Positions 1-8,418 of a stretch of DNA of 12,869 bases are shown one piece after another. The stretch is taken from contig PXYT01000079.1 in the NCBI GenBank assembly GCA_003023725.1, positions 1 to 12,869 of the forward strand, written 5' to 3'. The notes beneath the pieces were generated by a model. The model worked only from the letters and a program-made list of their open reading frames with translations, had not been told where the DNA came from and did no database searches. Each line of letters starts with the position of its first letter. Position 1 is the stretch's first letter. The DNA is from Sulfobacillus benefaciens. Its GTDB lineage: Bacteria; Bacillota; Sulfobacillia; Sulfobacillales; Sulfobacillaceae. The translations under genes and the position numbers were made by a program.

Positions 1-1
1 G

Positions 2-784
2 AATCAGCTATATCAAGATTCACGAATCCTTCAACAGAAAAAACTGGTGCGTTATGGATATGTTTGGGAAGGAAATTCCTACGAAGGTCTCACCTGCGAC
101 TGGATGGAATTTATGACCGATGCCGGTGGCAAAATTTTCAGCAACGCGTCGTTAACCCATTCCGTCATTGACTCTGCGGCATCACTCAAAGCCCTGACCT
201 TTATGCGCAAGTTAATTACCAGCGGAGTTAGCCCTTCATCCGTAACAACCTTTGAAGAACCACAAGCGATGGCTGTTTTTGACGCTGGTCAAAGTGCATT
301 TTTGCGCAACTGGGATTATGCATGGTCTAACTCTAATGACCCGAAAGTCTCCAAGGTCGTGGGCCATGTGGGTGTTGCCCCTCTCCCGACATTCTCTCAA
401 TCGCAATACCCGGGGTACTCAAACATCGGTGGATGGGATATTTACGTCAATCCCCACAGCCAGCACGTCTCACAAGACTTAAGCTTTATTCGTTGGATGA
501 CTGGCACTCAAGCGCAAACGGTATTGGCCACGAAATATTCGGAAATCCCTACCAACTATTCGGTGCAGAAGAACCCCACCGTCAAACGAGTGAATCCGGT
601 ACTGAACATCGTCAGTAAAGTAAGGCTGGTTCCGCGGCCTTCGGGAACTCCATCCTATCCTAAGATTAGTCAGGCCATCTATACGAACATCAACAGCGCA
701 CTAACAGGATCGCTTTCACCGAGCGCAGCCCTCAAAAAAGCCCAGGCACAGATAGATCGGGCGGTCAGCAAGAATTCACTGTAA
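2..784 (+). CDS. Carbohydrate ABC transporter extracellular solute-binding protein (family 1/MalE-like), 5' end truncated by the window edge
   Basis: The frame is open from base 2 (NQLYQDSRILQQKKLVRYGYVWEGNSYEGLTCDWMEFMTDAGG...). The pattern 'YGYVWEGNSYEGLTCDWMEF', later 'GGWDIYVNPHS...ALSFIRW-like' text, and position directly upstream of two MalF/MalG-type permeases fit the family. The GTG at 47 is probably internal. Confidence 0.9.
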   Translation, partial: NQLYQDSRILQQKKLVRYGYVWEGNSYEGLTCDWMEFMTDAGGKIFSNASLTHSVIDSAASLKALTFMRKLITSGVSPSSVTTFEEPQAMAVFDAGQSAFLRNWDYAWSNSNDPKVSKVVGHVGVAPLPTFSQSQYPGYSNIGGWDIYVNPHSQHVSQDLSFIRWMTGTQAQTVLATKYSEIPTNYSVQKNPTVKRVNPVLNIVSKVRLVPRPSGTPSYPKISQAIYTNINSALTGSLSPSAALKKAQAQIDRAVSKNSL

Positions 785-845
785 GAGACCGATAAAAGGC
801 TTTATGCCTATCCTATCCTACCTAGTGTCCTAAAAGGAGTTATTT

Positions 846-1811
846 ATGGGTACACCTAAGCTCTTAGAACCTCAATTGACAAACCCATCCCCTCGTCCTG
901 AAAAGAGATCACCAGGGTTAAGCCGTCGTCTAGCTCGACAAGGTTGGGCGTTCGCCTTGCCTGCCTTGGTAATGATTGCAGCAATTACCATTTTCCCGAT
1001 CTTGTACTCTGTCATAGTCAGCTTGAATCATATTACCTTTACATCGCAAGGTTACCATTTTCAATGGGTAGGCCTACATAATTATTCGGTGATTTTTTCA
1101 AATCCGCTATATCGATACTCATTGATTTTTACAGTGATTTATACGATCGTCACCGTGTTTGTTGAATTAGTCGTAGGCCTGCTCATTGCGCTGGTTCTGG
1201 ATAAATTGATTGCGGGACGGGGACTGATGCTGGCTGTGCTGCTTCTGCCCTGGTCCTTGATTACCGTTATTTCGGCTGAAATGTGGAATTACATCTATAA
1301 CGGCGTATATGGTGTGCTCAATGCGCTGTTGATAGGAATCGGTATCTTGCACACGCCGGTAGTGTGGCTAGGGAAACCATTCATTGCAATCGTTTCTATG
1401 ATGTTCGCGGATATCTGGAAAACGACACCCTTCGTTGCCATTATCTTATTGGCCGGACTGCAGATGATTCCTCATGAACTGTATGAAGCCGCTGAGATGG
1501 ACGGCGCCAGTGGATCGGCGCGTTTTTGGCGCATTACGTTTCCGTTATTGCGGCCGACTATTGCGCTATCCGTCCTTTTTCGAGTGTTGCAAGCCTTTGG
1601 TATTTTTGACTTGCCGTTTGTACTCACTCAAGGAGGACCCGGTCACGCTACCGAATCGTTGGCTTTGCTGGGATGGCAAGTTATGTTTCAAGATTTGAAC
1701 ATGGGTCGGGGCGCGGCTATCGCCGCCAGTACAACGCTTATTGTCTTGGGCGCTTCACTATTAGTCTTACGAGCATTTCGCGCTCAAGTCGGAGAGGAGG
1801 ACCTGGGATGA
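846..1811 (+). CDS. Sugar ABC transporter permease, MalF/UgpA-like (binding-protein-dependent inner membrane component)
   Basis: 321 aa, multiple hydrophobic segments, and the EAA-loop motif 'HELYEAAEMDGASGSARFWRITFPLLRPTI'. RBS-like AAAGGAG just upstream of the ATG. Confidence 0.95.
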   Translation: MGTPKLLEPQLTNPSPRPEKRSPGLSRRLARQGWAFALPALVMIAAITIFPILYSVIVSLNHITFTSQGYHFQWVGLHNYSVIFSNPLYRYSLIFTVIYTIVTVFVELVVGLLIALVLDKLIAGRGLMLAVLLLPWSLITVISAEMWNYIYNGVYGVLNALLIGIGILHTPVVWLGKPFIAIVSMMFADIWKTTPFVAIILLAGLQMIPHELYEAAEMDGASGSARFWRITFPLLRPTIALSVLFRVLQAFGIFDLPFVLTQGGPGHATESLALLGWQVMFQDLNMGRGAAIAASTTLIVLGASLLVLRAFRAQVGEEDLG

Positions 1812-2647
1812 AGATGCGACGCCGTGCCAGACGCACGCAAATGATAGCCACTTTATGGTCTATTGTCATTGCACTGTTTATGCTGGCTCCTCTATATTGG
1901 CTCGTTACTACGTCATTCAAAACACCGTCCGAGATCGGCGCTTCACCTCCTACTGTGGTACCAAACCCCGTTAGTCTGCACAATTACGCTCGGGCATTTA
2001 CCTATTACCATTTTCAAGTTTACATGCGTAACAGTGTGATTGTGTCAGTGGGAGCGACGATCTTGGTTTTGGCTCTTGGTTCCATGGCGGGATACAGTCT
2101 AGGGCGTCTTCCGGTGCGCGGGAAACACAGCATCTTGGTGGCACTCTTAATGATTTCAGTGTTCCCGGAAATCGCCGTAATTTCCCCATTGTTTATGCTG
2201 ATGCGAACACTGGGCTGGCTTAATTCATATCAAGCGCTGATTATCCCGTATACCGCCTTCAATTTACCGTTTGCCATTTGGATCCTCCGGAATTACTTTT
2301 TAGTCATTCCGCGAGAAATGGAGGAAGTCGCAAGGATCGACGGAGCCTCAGCTCTTAGAACGTTGGTTCAGATAATTTTGCCGCAAGCTACTCCCGGACT
2401 TTTTACCGCGGGAGTGTTTACGTTTACCGCGGCATGGACGGAATTTCTCATGGCCCTAACATTTAATTCCAGCCCTGAATTTCGAACCATCCCAGTAGGG
2501 ATTGCTCTCTTTGGCGCTCAATTCGTCATCCCCTATGGCACCATTTTTGCCGCATCCACTGCGGCTGTTGTGCCAATTGGCATTTTAGTGCTGGTTTTCC
2601 GGCGATCGGTAGTGTCCGGACTCACTCAAGGAGCTGTCAAAGGTTAA
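1808..2647 (+). CDS. Sugar ABC transporter permease, MalG/UgpE-like
   Basis: EAA-loop motif 'MEEVARIDGASALRTLVQIILPQATPGL', N-terminal TM segment, and 'TSFKTPSEI'. The likely start is the ATG at 1808 overlapping the previous TGA (ATGA), rather than the longer ORF start at 1673. Confidence 0.93.
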   Translation: MKMRRRARRTQMIATLWSIVIALFMLAPLYWLVTTSFKTPSEIGASPPTVVPNPVSLHNYARAFTYYHFQVYMRNSVIVSVGATILVLALGSMAGYSLGRLPVRGKHSILVALLMISVFPEIAVISPLFMLMRTLGWLNSYQALIIPYTAFNLPFAIWILRNYFLVIPREMEEVARIDGASALRTLVQIILPQATPGLFTAGVFTFTAAWTEFLMALTFNSSPEFRTIPVGIALFGAQFVIPYGTIFAASTAAVVPIGILVLVFRRSVVSGLTQGAVKG

Positions 2648-2672
2648 CATGATTATCTAAAGGAGTTCAATT

Positions 2673-5105
2673 ATGGCTGATAGAGTTGATGCCTCACTTT
2701 CCAAGAATTTTGATGTCCAAGAGATTAGGACTGCACGCCTGTCGGCGAATCGGCGCTCCGTCACATTGGAAAGCCCTACGGAGACTTGGTCCATTGCCAT
2801 TATGAGCGGAATTGTTCATGTGCATCTCCGAAATGGAGTGGATACCTTTCACGACCAGATCTTGCCGCTCTTGGGGGGAGGGCCACAGCCCTCGCCGTTG
2901 ACGTTGATGACCTTGGGTTCAAACGCATGGAACATCAAAGGTGACAGTCTCACTATCCGAATTGAAAGAAGCGGTCAATTTCGGGTTCAATGTGCGGGGG
3001 AAACGGTATTTGTCCTGGAAAAATGGCGACGTGAAGGAACAAAACTCTCTTGTGAATGCCGCCTAAACTCTGAAGAGCACGTGTATGGAATGGGCGAAAA
3101 AACAGGCTCGCTGAATAAGCGCGGTCAGTGTTCGACCCAATGGACCACCGACGTTCATCCGCATACCGCCGACGTGGACGCCATGTATCAAGCTTTACCG
3201 ATGACCTTATTGGGAAGCCCAAATGGTTCTCGCGGAATTTTCTTGGCGAACACTTTCAGAACATTTTTTGATAGCCGTGCGAGCGACAGTCTGACTATTG
3301 CGGCTGACGATGGCCCCCTCTCGTTATATCTGTTTACGGGACCTACTCCCCAGGCTGTTCTGGAACAATATACTGCCGTTACCGGACACCCTCTTCTACC
3401 CCCACGCTGGGCTCTAGGATATCAGCAGAGTCGTTACAGCTACTTGAGTGCAAACGAAGTATTAGATATTGCCCGAGAATTTCGAGCCCGTGATATTCCT
3501 TTGGACGTGCTCTATTTAGACATCGATTACATGGATGGATTTCGCGTGTTTACATGGAATCCCACCACCTTTCCGAATCCGGGGAAAATGATTAAAGAAC
3601 TCAACAGCATGGGAATTCACATCGTGGCCATCATCGACCCCGGAGTAAAGGCGGAAACCGGATACCGCGTCTATGATGAAGGATTATCTCAAGACGCGTT
3701 TGTACGCTACACCGACGACACTTTGTTTAGAAGCCACGTGTGGCCAGGATTATGCGTGTTCCCAGATTTTTTGCAAACGCATGTACGCACATGGTGGGCA
3801 GAGAAAAATCGTCAATTGATGGAGATGGGACTTTCAGGCATCTGGAACGACATGAACGAACCTGCCTTGTGGGGAAACGAGTTGGGGGACCCCACAAGAA
3901 CGGGACAGAGTAATGATGAAGGATTGGTCCATCGAACGGATGCGGGCACCTTGCTTCCTCATGCCGGAGTTCACAACGTGTACGCCCTTTTGGAAGCGAT
4001 AGCTACCTACCAGGGATTGGGGGGGATGGAAACCGATCCTTCACGGTCTCGGCCGTTTATTCTTAGTCGGTCAGGTTTTAGCGGTATCCAACAATTTTCA
4101 GCGGTCTGGACGGGCGACAATAATAGTTCATGGGAGCATTTGTCTATGGCTATCCCGATGTGCTTGAACATGGGAATGTCTGGCATACCGTTCGTAGGAC
4201 CAGACCTGGGTGGATTTTTTGGCAATCCCCAACCAGAACTCTTTATTCGCTGGATGGAAGCAGGAGTTTTTTTCCCGTTTCTCCGTGCTCACACGGATAA
4301 AGATGCTTCTCCCAATGAACCTTGGTGCTTTGGTTCGGAAGCCGAGTCGATTGCTCGCCAGTTCATTGGGTATCGCTACCGTCTTCTGCCCTACCTCGAA
4401 AGTTTGTTTGCAGAGTCTAATCAAACAGGTGCACCAATCATGCGACCATTGTTTTGGGCCAATCCTGATGATCCCCTGGCGTATGCCGTAGATGATCAAT
4501 TTCTTGTCGGGGATATGCTTCTTATTGCGCCAGTTACACGTCCGAATGCTCGTCAGCGCCCCGTCTATCTGCCGAACGGAGTGTGGTATGATTTCTGGAC
4601 CGGCCACCGTCACGGTGGACCGACTCACATCATGGCAGACGCTCCATTAAACCGCATTCCTGTCTTCGTGCGATCAGGAGCTATTATCCCACTGGGACCT
4701 CCCGTGACGTCAACCAAACACCTGGAAGAACTTGGCCGGGAAGGAACCGGTAATATCGAGAGCTTATTTATTGTATCAGGCACCGGACATTTTACTGCGT
4801 ACACCGACGATGGCACGACATTCTTGTATCAACGTGGACATTGGCGCAGAATATATGTACGCGTACAATCCATTGAGAAATCCACGGTCGTACATCTTAG
4901 CATGGTGAACGGATCCTTAGATGCACCCTTGCCGCTTGGCCGCTTTAGAGTACTCATAGGATATTTCACTACTGCTCCCCAAGCAGCACGTGTAGACGGT
5001 CGGCTTACTGCTTGGAAGTGGGATCCGAACACGGGCATAGTGACAATCATACTGCCTCGAGTGTTAACGTTGAACGAACCGATGATCATAGCTGTTGAAG
5101 GTTAA
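2673..5105 (+). CDS. Glycoside hydrolase family 31 enzyme (alpha-glucosidase-like), 810 aa
   Basis: GH31 hallmarks: 'LPPRWALGYQQSRYSY', 'DIPLDVLYLDIDYMDGFRVFTWNP', catalytic nucleophile motif 'GIWNDMNEP', acid/base region 'RSGFSGIQQFSAVWTGDNNSSWEHL', 'GADIGGF-like' PFVGPDLGGFFG. AAAGGAGTT RBS before the ATG. No signal peptide is apparent. Confidence 0.96.
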   Translation: MADRVDASLSKNFDVQEIRTARLSANRRSVTLESPTETWSIAIMSGIVHVHLRNGVDTFHDQILPLLGGGPQPSPLTLMTLGSNAWNIKGDSLTIRIERSGQFRVQCAGETVFVLEKWRREGTKLSCECRLNSEEHVYGMGEKTGSLNKRGQCSTQWTTDVHPHTADVDAMYQALPMTLLGSPNGSRGIFLANTFRTFFDSRASDSLTIAADDGPLSLYLFTGPTPQAVLEQYTAVTGHPLLPPRWALGYQQSRYSYLSANEVLDIAREFRARDIPLDVLYLDIDYMDGFRVFTWNPTTFPNPGKMIKELNSMGIHIVAIIDPGVKAETGYRVYDEGLSQDAFVRYTDDTLFRSHVWPGLCVFPDFLQTHVRTWWAEKNRQLMEMGLSGIWNDMNEPALWGNELGDPTRTGQSNDEGLVHRTDAGTLLPHAGVHNVYALLEAIATYQGLGGMETDPSRSRPFILSRSGFSGIQQFSAVWTGDNNSSWEHLSMAIPMCLNMGMSGIPFVGPDLGGFFGNPQPELFIRWMEAGVFFPFLRAHTDKDASPNEPWCFGSEAESIARQFIGYRYRLLPYLESLFAESNQTGAPIMRPLFWANPDDPLAYAVDDQFLVGDMLLIAPVTRPNARQRPVYLPNGVWYDFWTGHRHGGPTHIMADAPLNRIPVFVRSGAIIPLGPPVTSTKHLEELGREGTGNIESLFIVSGTGHFTAYTDDGTTFLYQRGHWRRIYVRVQSIEKSTVVHLSMVNGSLDAPLPLGRFRVLIGYFTTAPQAARVDGRLTAWKWDPNTGIVTIILPRVLTLNEPMIIAVEG

Positions 5106-5398
5106 TAGAGAAGATCGACGATTACACTCTCTAGCAATGGCCGTCAAATGATGCTCGGCTCTGTCACGTTGTTTATCATCGTTCTAAATCGGCATGCGTT
5201 GCGCAAGAGGCTTATACCCTTAACGTGTTTTGGCGAATTCCCTTTTGTTGTCTGAATATCCGCGGAGGCTTTTTTCTCACCCCCACGATTGTCACGAAAA
5301 CAGAAAACATCTGCAGGCGAGGCGGTGACGGCTAGGCGAAAGCGATCAATGTGTACGCCTGTGTCGACGAGTGCAGGCTCTCGTGAAAAGGTTGCCCA

Positions 5399-5692
5399 TC
5401 ATTCATGAGCATTCTGCCACCCACTATGAGGCCCGGATCCATTACCGGATCCGTTGCGGCGAAAGAACAGCAAGGACGTCGAACGCGACACGGGATCGAT
5501 TCCGAATCCGGATGTCCCTAAATAAAGGACATTATCGTCATCTTCCAGTCCCAATATCGCGAACCCGCCCCTGAGAGAAATTTGGGGAACAACCGCAGGG
5601 GCGATCAAGATCCGGTTCCCCGAAAGTGCTGCGGCATCCCGGGTTTTCACGTCGCACCCGGTTTTGAACCTCTGGAGGCCGCGCCGTCTCAC
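5399..5692 (-). other. Unidentified 97-aa ORF, hypothetical or possible gene remnant
   Basis: Open frame with protein-like composition ('LSGNRILIAPAVVPQISLRGGFAILGLEDDDNVLYLGTSGFGIDP'). No clear RBS and no family recognised. Confidence 0.2.
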
Positions 5693-5735
5693 AATATCGT
5701 TTTCAAAACTCTATAACCTGTCTGGCGCTTCACAC

Positions 5736-6548
5736 TCAACCCATGACGATTAACGCAGCGCCAATAGCAATTGCAATGGATATCCACAGAGCGTCACGCC
5801 GCATGCGCTCCCGCAAAAAGAGCCATCCCATCCAAGGAGACAGAGCGATGCCAATCTGTCGCAGTGCCAAAACGGGAGCCGCTGCAGTTCGCTGGTACGC
5901 GTAGAGAATAAGGAGATATGAGATCATACTCATCAGCCCTGCTCCAGCAGCCACATGAACTCGTACCACTGTACGATCTTTGAGTGCCCATGGAGTCAAC
6001 ACCACTGCCGTTCCCAAGAACTGGCATGCTATATAGGGAATTGGCGACAGGAGGTGAACACCGTGGCTGTCGGTCGTTGAATACACCGCAATGCTGGCCA
6101 TCACTAAAAGCGTCCACGACATCCGGGAAAGCGTCCAACGAGCACGAAAAGCCGGCACCATCACCGCCAAGGCAACCACAAGTATCCCGCACAGTGTCAC
6201 AAGAGGAATCGGCTGCTGCAAAAGCAGTCCAGCCAAAAGCACCGTGCCCAGAATGCCTCCGCCCCGCGTAGCTGGATAGATGTCACCCAGATCGCCCTCC
6301 TTATAGGCGTGAGCCAACCCCGAAAAATAGAAAGCATGTGCGATGATTGTTCCTGACAGCCACGGCCACACACGATGAAAGTCCGGTGAAAAACCCAGCG
6401 CCAAAGCGGCAACGGTGGCGAGCAGCCCCCCAGCCAGAGTAAGATACCACACAAACTTGAGACTTCCCGGCTCATGGCGCACCAAAAGGTTCCAAGTCAG
6501 ATGCAGGAGCGCCGAGGCCAAGACCAAGCCCGCCACCAGTTCAGACAT
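5736..6548 (-). CDS. EamA/DMT-superfamily membrane transporter
   Basis: 270 aa, roughly 9-10 hydrophobic segments. Contains 'HLTWNLLVRH' near the N-terminus and the C-terminal 'ILYAYQRTAAAPVLALRQIGIALSPWMGWLFLRERMRRDALWISIAIAIGAALIV' typical of EamA. GGAAGGTG RBS upstream of the start. Confidence 0.9.
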   Translation of the reverse strand: MSELVAGLVLASALLHLTWNLLVRHEPGSLKFVWYLTLAGGLLATVAALALGFSPDFHRVWPWLSGTIIAHAFYFSGLAHAYKEGDLGDIYPATRGGGILGTVLLAGLLLQQPIPLVTLCGILVVALAVMVPAFRARWTLSRMSWTLLVMASIAVYSTTDSHGVHLLSPIPYIACQFLGTAVVLTPWALKDRTVVRVHVAAGAGLMSMISYLLILYAYQRTAAAPVLALRQIGIALSPWMGWLFLRERMRRDALWISIAIAIGAALIVMG

Positions 6549-7034
6549 TACGCATCACCTTCCACACAGCGCCATAGTGGGCAAAGGCAGAGCTTCTTGA
6601 AAACATCCTCAAAGAATTTCTGAAACTGTGCCGGTCGTTGGAATCCGTCTTGAGCACACTCTGCAGGCATGGATCACAACCCCCAGCCTTATGTTTGACA
6701 GACTTCCACAAAATGCCAGAACAGAGCCTGTTTAGTGCTATTTCCTGGGTTTTGCTTTTTCATCCATCAATCCAGACACGACGAAATAGCGTCCCCTTTA
6801 CAGTGCCGACATCCAAACCCGAAGATGTGATCCTGTGAGTACAGCCATCAAATCCGGCGGTGAGCCAGCGTCTTGGGCCTATTTGTGTTCACTTTTTGCC
6901 CATTCGTGATCTTACTCCTACCTTACTAAAGGATGCCGAATATAGGATCGTCCCGTCTGCATCAAATCAGCGGTGGTACGGGGACTACTCCGTCCTTCAG
7001 GAAGAGGGAGAGGAGCGCCGTGTCTCTCCTTTTC

Positions 7035-8159
7035 TCATGATGCGATCGGTTGTTGGATATACTGCCGGCCGTCACTCAGTTGCAGAACGTGTCCGGGTTT
7101 CCCGAATGTTTTGGGACGCTGATCGGAGTCAGCGGCGATGACGAGGCGCCCGCCCCTTTCACACCCCGGCATACTTTCCGCGAATAATGCCGGCGTAGAC
7201 CAGATCCCCGGCCTGAAAGCCCAACCGCTGTTTCTTTTACGGCGCGACGCATAGCGAATAGAAAACCCGTATTGATCGCTTCGGCATATTTGTCGTAGCC
7301 CTCGGCCCTTCACGGTTCCCACCTGGACAATAGGCGAAGAGGCGCATACAGTCATGGGCAGTGCTCGCTGCCACGCAAAGAGCATCGTAATTATGTTCTT
7401 TAGGCCGGTTATGCTGAACCCGTTGCATTTTGGTAGAAAGCCCTCCGGCCCCGCCTCCCACGGGGAGTCCCGTGGCTTGCCGTTGGGTCTACAGCTTCTA
7501 CCAGGCCGCATTCATGAACCCTGCTCCTCGCAGCGATTTTTTTGGTTCGTGTTTGGATATCCGGATGTCCAAATTCCGCGCCGGTTTTGCGATCTTCATC
7601 CTGATTACAATCGTGGCACGCTTTGCTGATATTCCGCCCCTGAAGTTTCGGGGGTTTCGAGCTTGTGCGTATCACATTTAACGTGTTCGGCGCTGAGGGC
7701 CGCAATGGGCAGGAATTTTCGGAGTTTCACTGCCGCATTAACCGTTTTATTTACGCGCGTTTGTAAACTTGGTGGTAGCCAACCTGTTCGACGCTTGCGA
7801 TGGAGAAACCTTGATTGACGATAACGAGTTTTCCGATTGCGTCGCGCTCGCCGCAGGCCACTCCGACTGTCGAGTTTGTCTTTAATATGGGCCTTGGCAA
7901 ACCTGTCGCTCAGAAAAACCGCCTTTGTACTGGGCGTCCCTTGCAGGGTCACGGCTACACCGGTTATTTTGGTCCCCGGATCGAACTTGAGTGGTATATC
8001 TTGCAATACCGACCCTTGTTGCACGCGATCCACCAGTCGCATAGGGAATGAGTACCGCTTATGGATTCCGGCTCGACCGCGTTCCAAGAGCAATCGCACG
8101 GGTTTTTCCGAGCACGGCATCCACGGTCTTTGATGTTTATCCAACACGAATACGGCCAT
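7035..8159 (-). pseudogene. iscB: Degenerate IscB (ISC/OMEGA RNA-guided RuvC-HNH nuclease family), fragmented over several frames
   Basis: Frame 8159-7605: 'MAVFVLDKHQRPWMPCSEKPVRLLLERGRAGIHKRYSFPMRLVDR' (PLMP-like N-terminus), 'LKFDPGTKITGVAV' (RuvC-I), 'RSGLRRARRNRKTRYRQSRFLHRKRRTGWLPPSLQTRV' (bridge helix), 'LSAEHVKCDTHKLETPETSGAEYQQ' (RuvC-II). After a stop and frameshift: 'ACHDCNQDEDRKTGAEFGHPDIQ' (end of the HNH zinc-ribbon). In further frames: 'RPKEHNYDALCVAAS' (RuvC-III) and 'KGRGLRQICRSDQYGFSIRYASRRK...GW' (C-terminal domain). Confidence 0.9.
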
Positions 8160-8405
8160 GTTAAAAACTCCTTTGCCCTTACGGGCCCGGTGACACGTTC
8201 TGACGACCCTCTCTCCTCGCCAAAGTTATCCCAGCTGGTTTGGCCCGTCATACCCTCGCACCTCTAGCCGGCTGTTTAATGACGGGCGGCAGAGTGGGAA
8301 ACCGGAGAAGCATTCCCCGCTGCCCTAACCGAAATAACTAAAGTACCCTAGGCACGAAAGCTGGTCAACCCAGGAGCTTTCACAAGTCCTGTCCTTTAGG
8401 ACGGC
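8160..8405 (-). ncRNA. Probable HEARO/omega-RNA region upstream of the iscB relic
   Basis: About 245 nt of non-coding, structure-rich sequence directly 5' of the iscB start, where IscB-associated HEARO/omega RNA is encoded. Contains 'AACAGCCGGCTAGAGGTGCGAGGGTATGACGGGCCAAACC' and a terminal GTCC-TAAA-GGAC hairpin on the - strand. Confidence 0.6.
8386..8402 (-). repeat. Candidate left-end hairpin of the ISC/IS200-IS605-like element
   Basis: Palindromic 'GTCCTTTAGGAC' (8391-8402) adjoining 'AGTCCT' at the far edge of the presumed omega-RNA, 16 bp from the pit stop codon. Confidence 0.4.
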
Positions 8406-8418
8406 GTGGCTGAGTTGT

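Noticed and set aside
1673-1807. N-terminal extension of the MalG-like ORF beginning at 1673
   Set aside because: It overlaps the coding region of the MalF-like gene. The ATG at 1808 overlapping the TGA gives the usual MalG N-terminus.
3843-5089. Antisense ORFs (4007-4225, 4128-4628, 4625-4816, 4829-5089) within the GH31 gene
   Set aside because: They are shadow frames of a strongly supported GH31 coding sequence, with no RBS or family match.
5514-5534. ATGTCC-N9-GGACAT small inverted repeat
   Set aside because: The 6-bp arms are common by chance and there is no downstream U-tract.
7430-8267. + strand ORFs 7430-7681, 7815-8051 and 8061-8267 over the IscB region
   Set aside because: They are antisense to the recognisable IscB text and match nothing.
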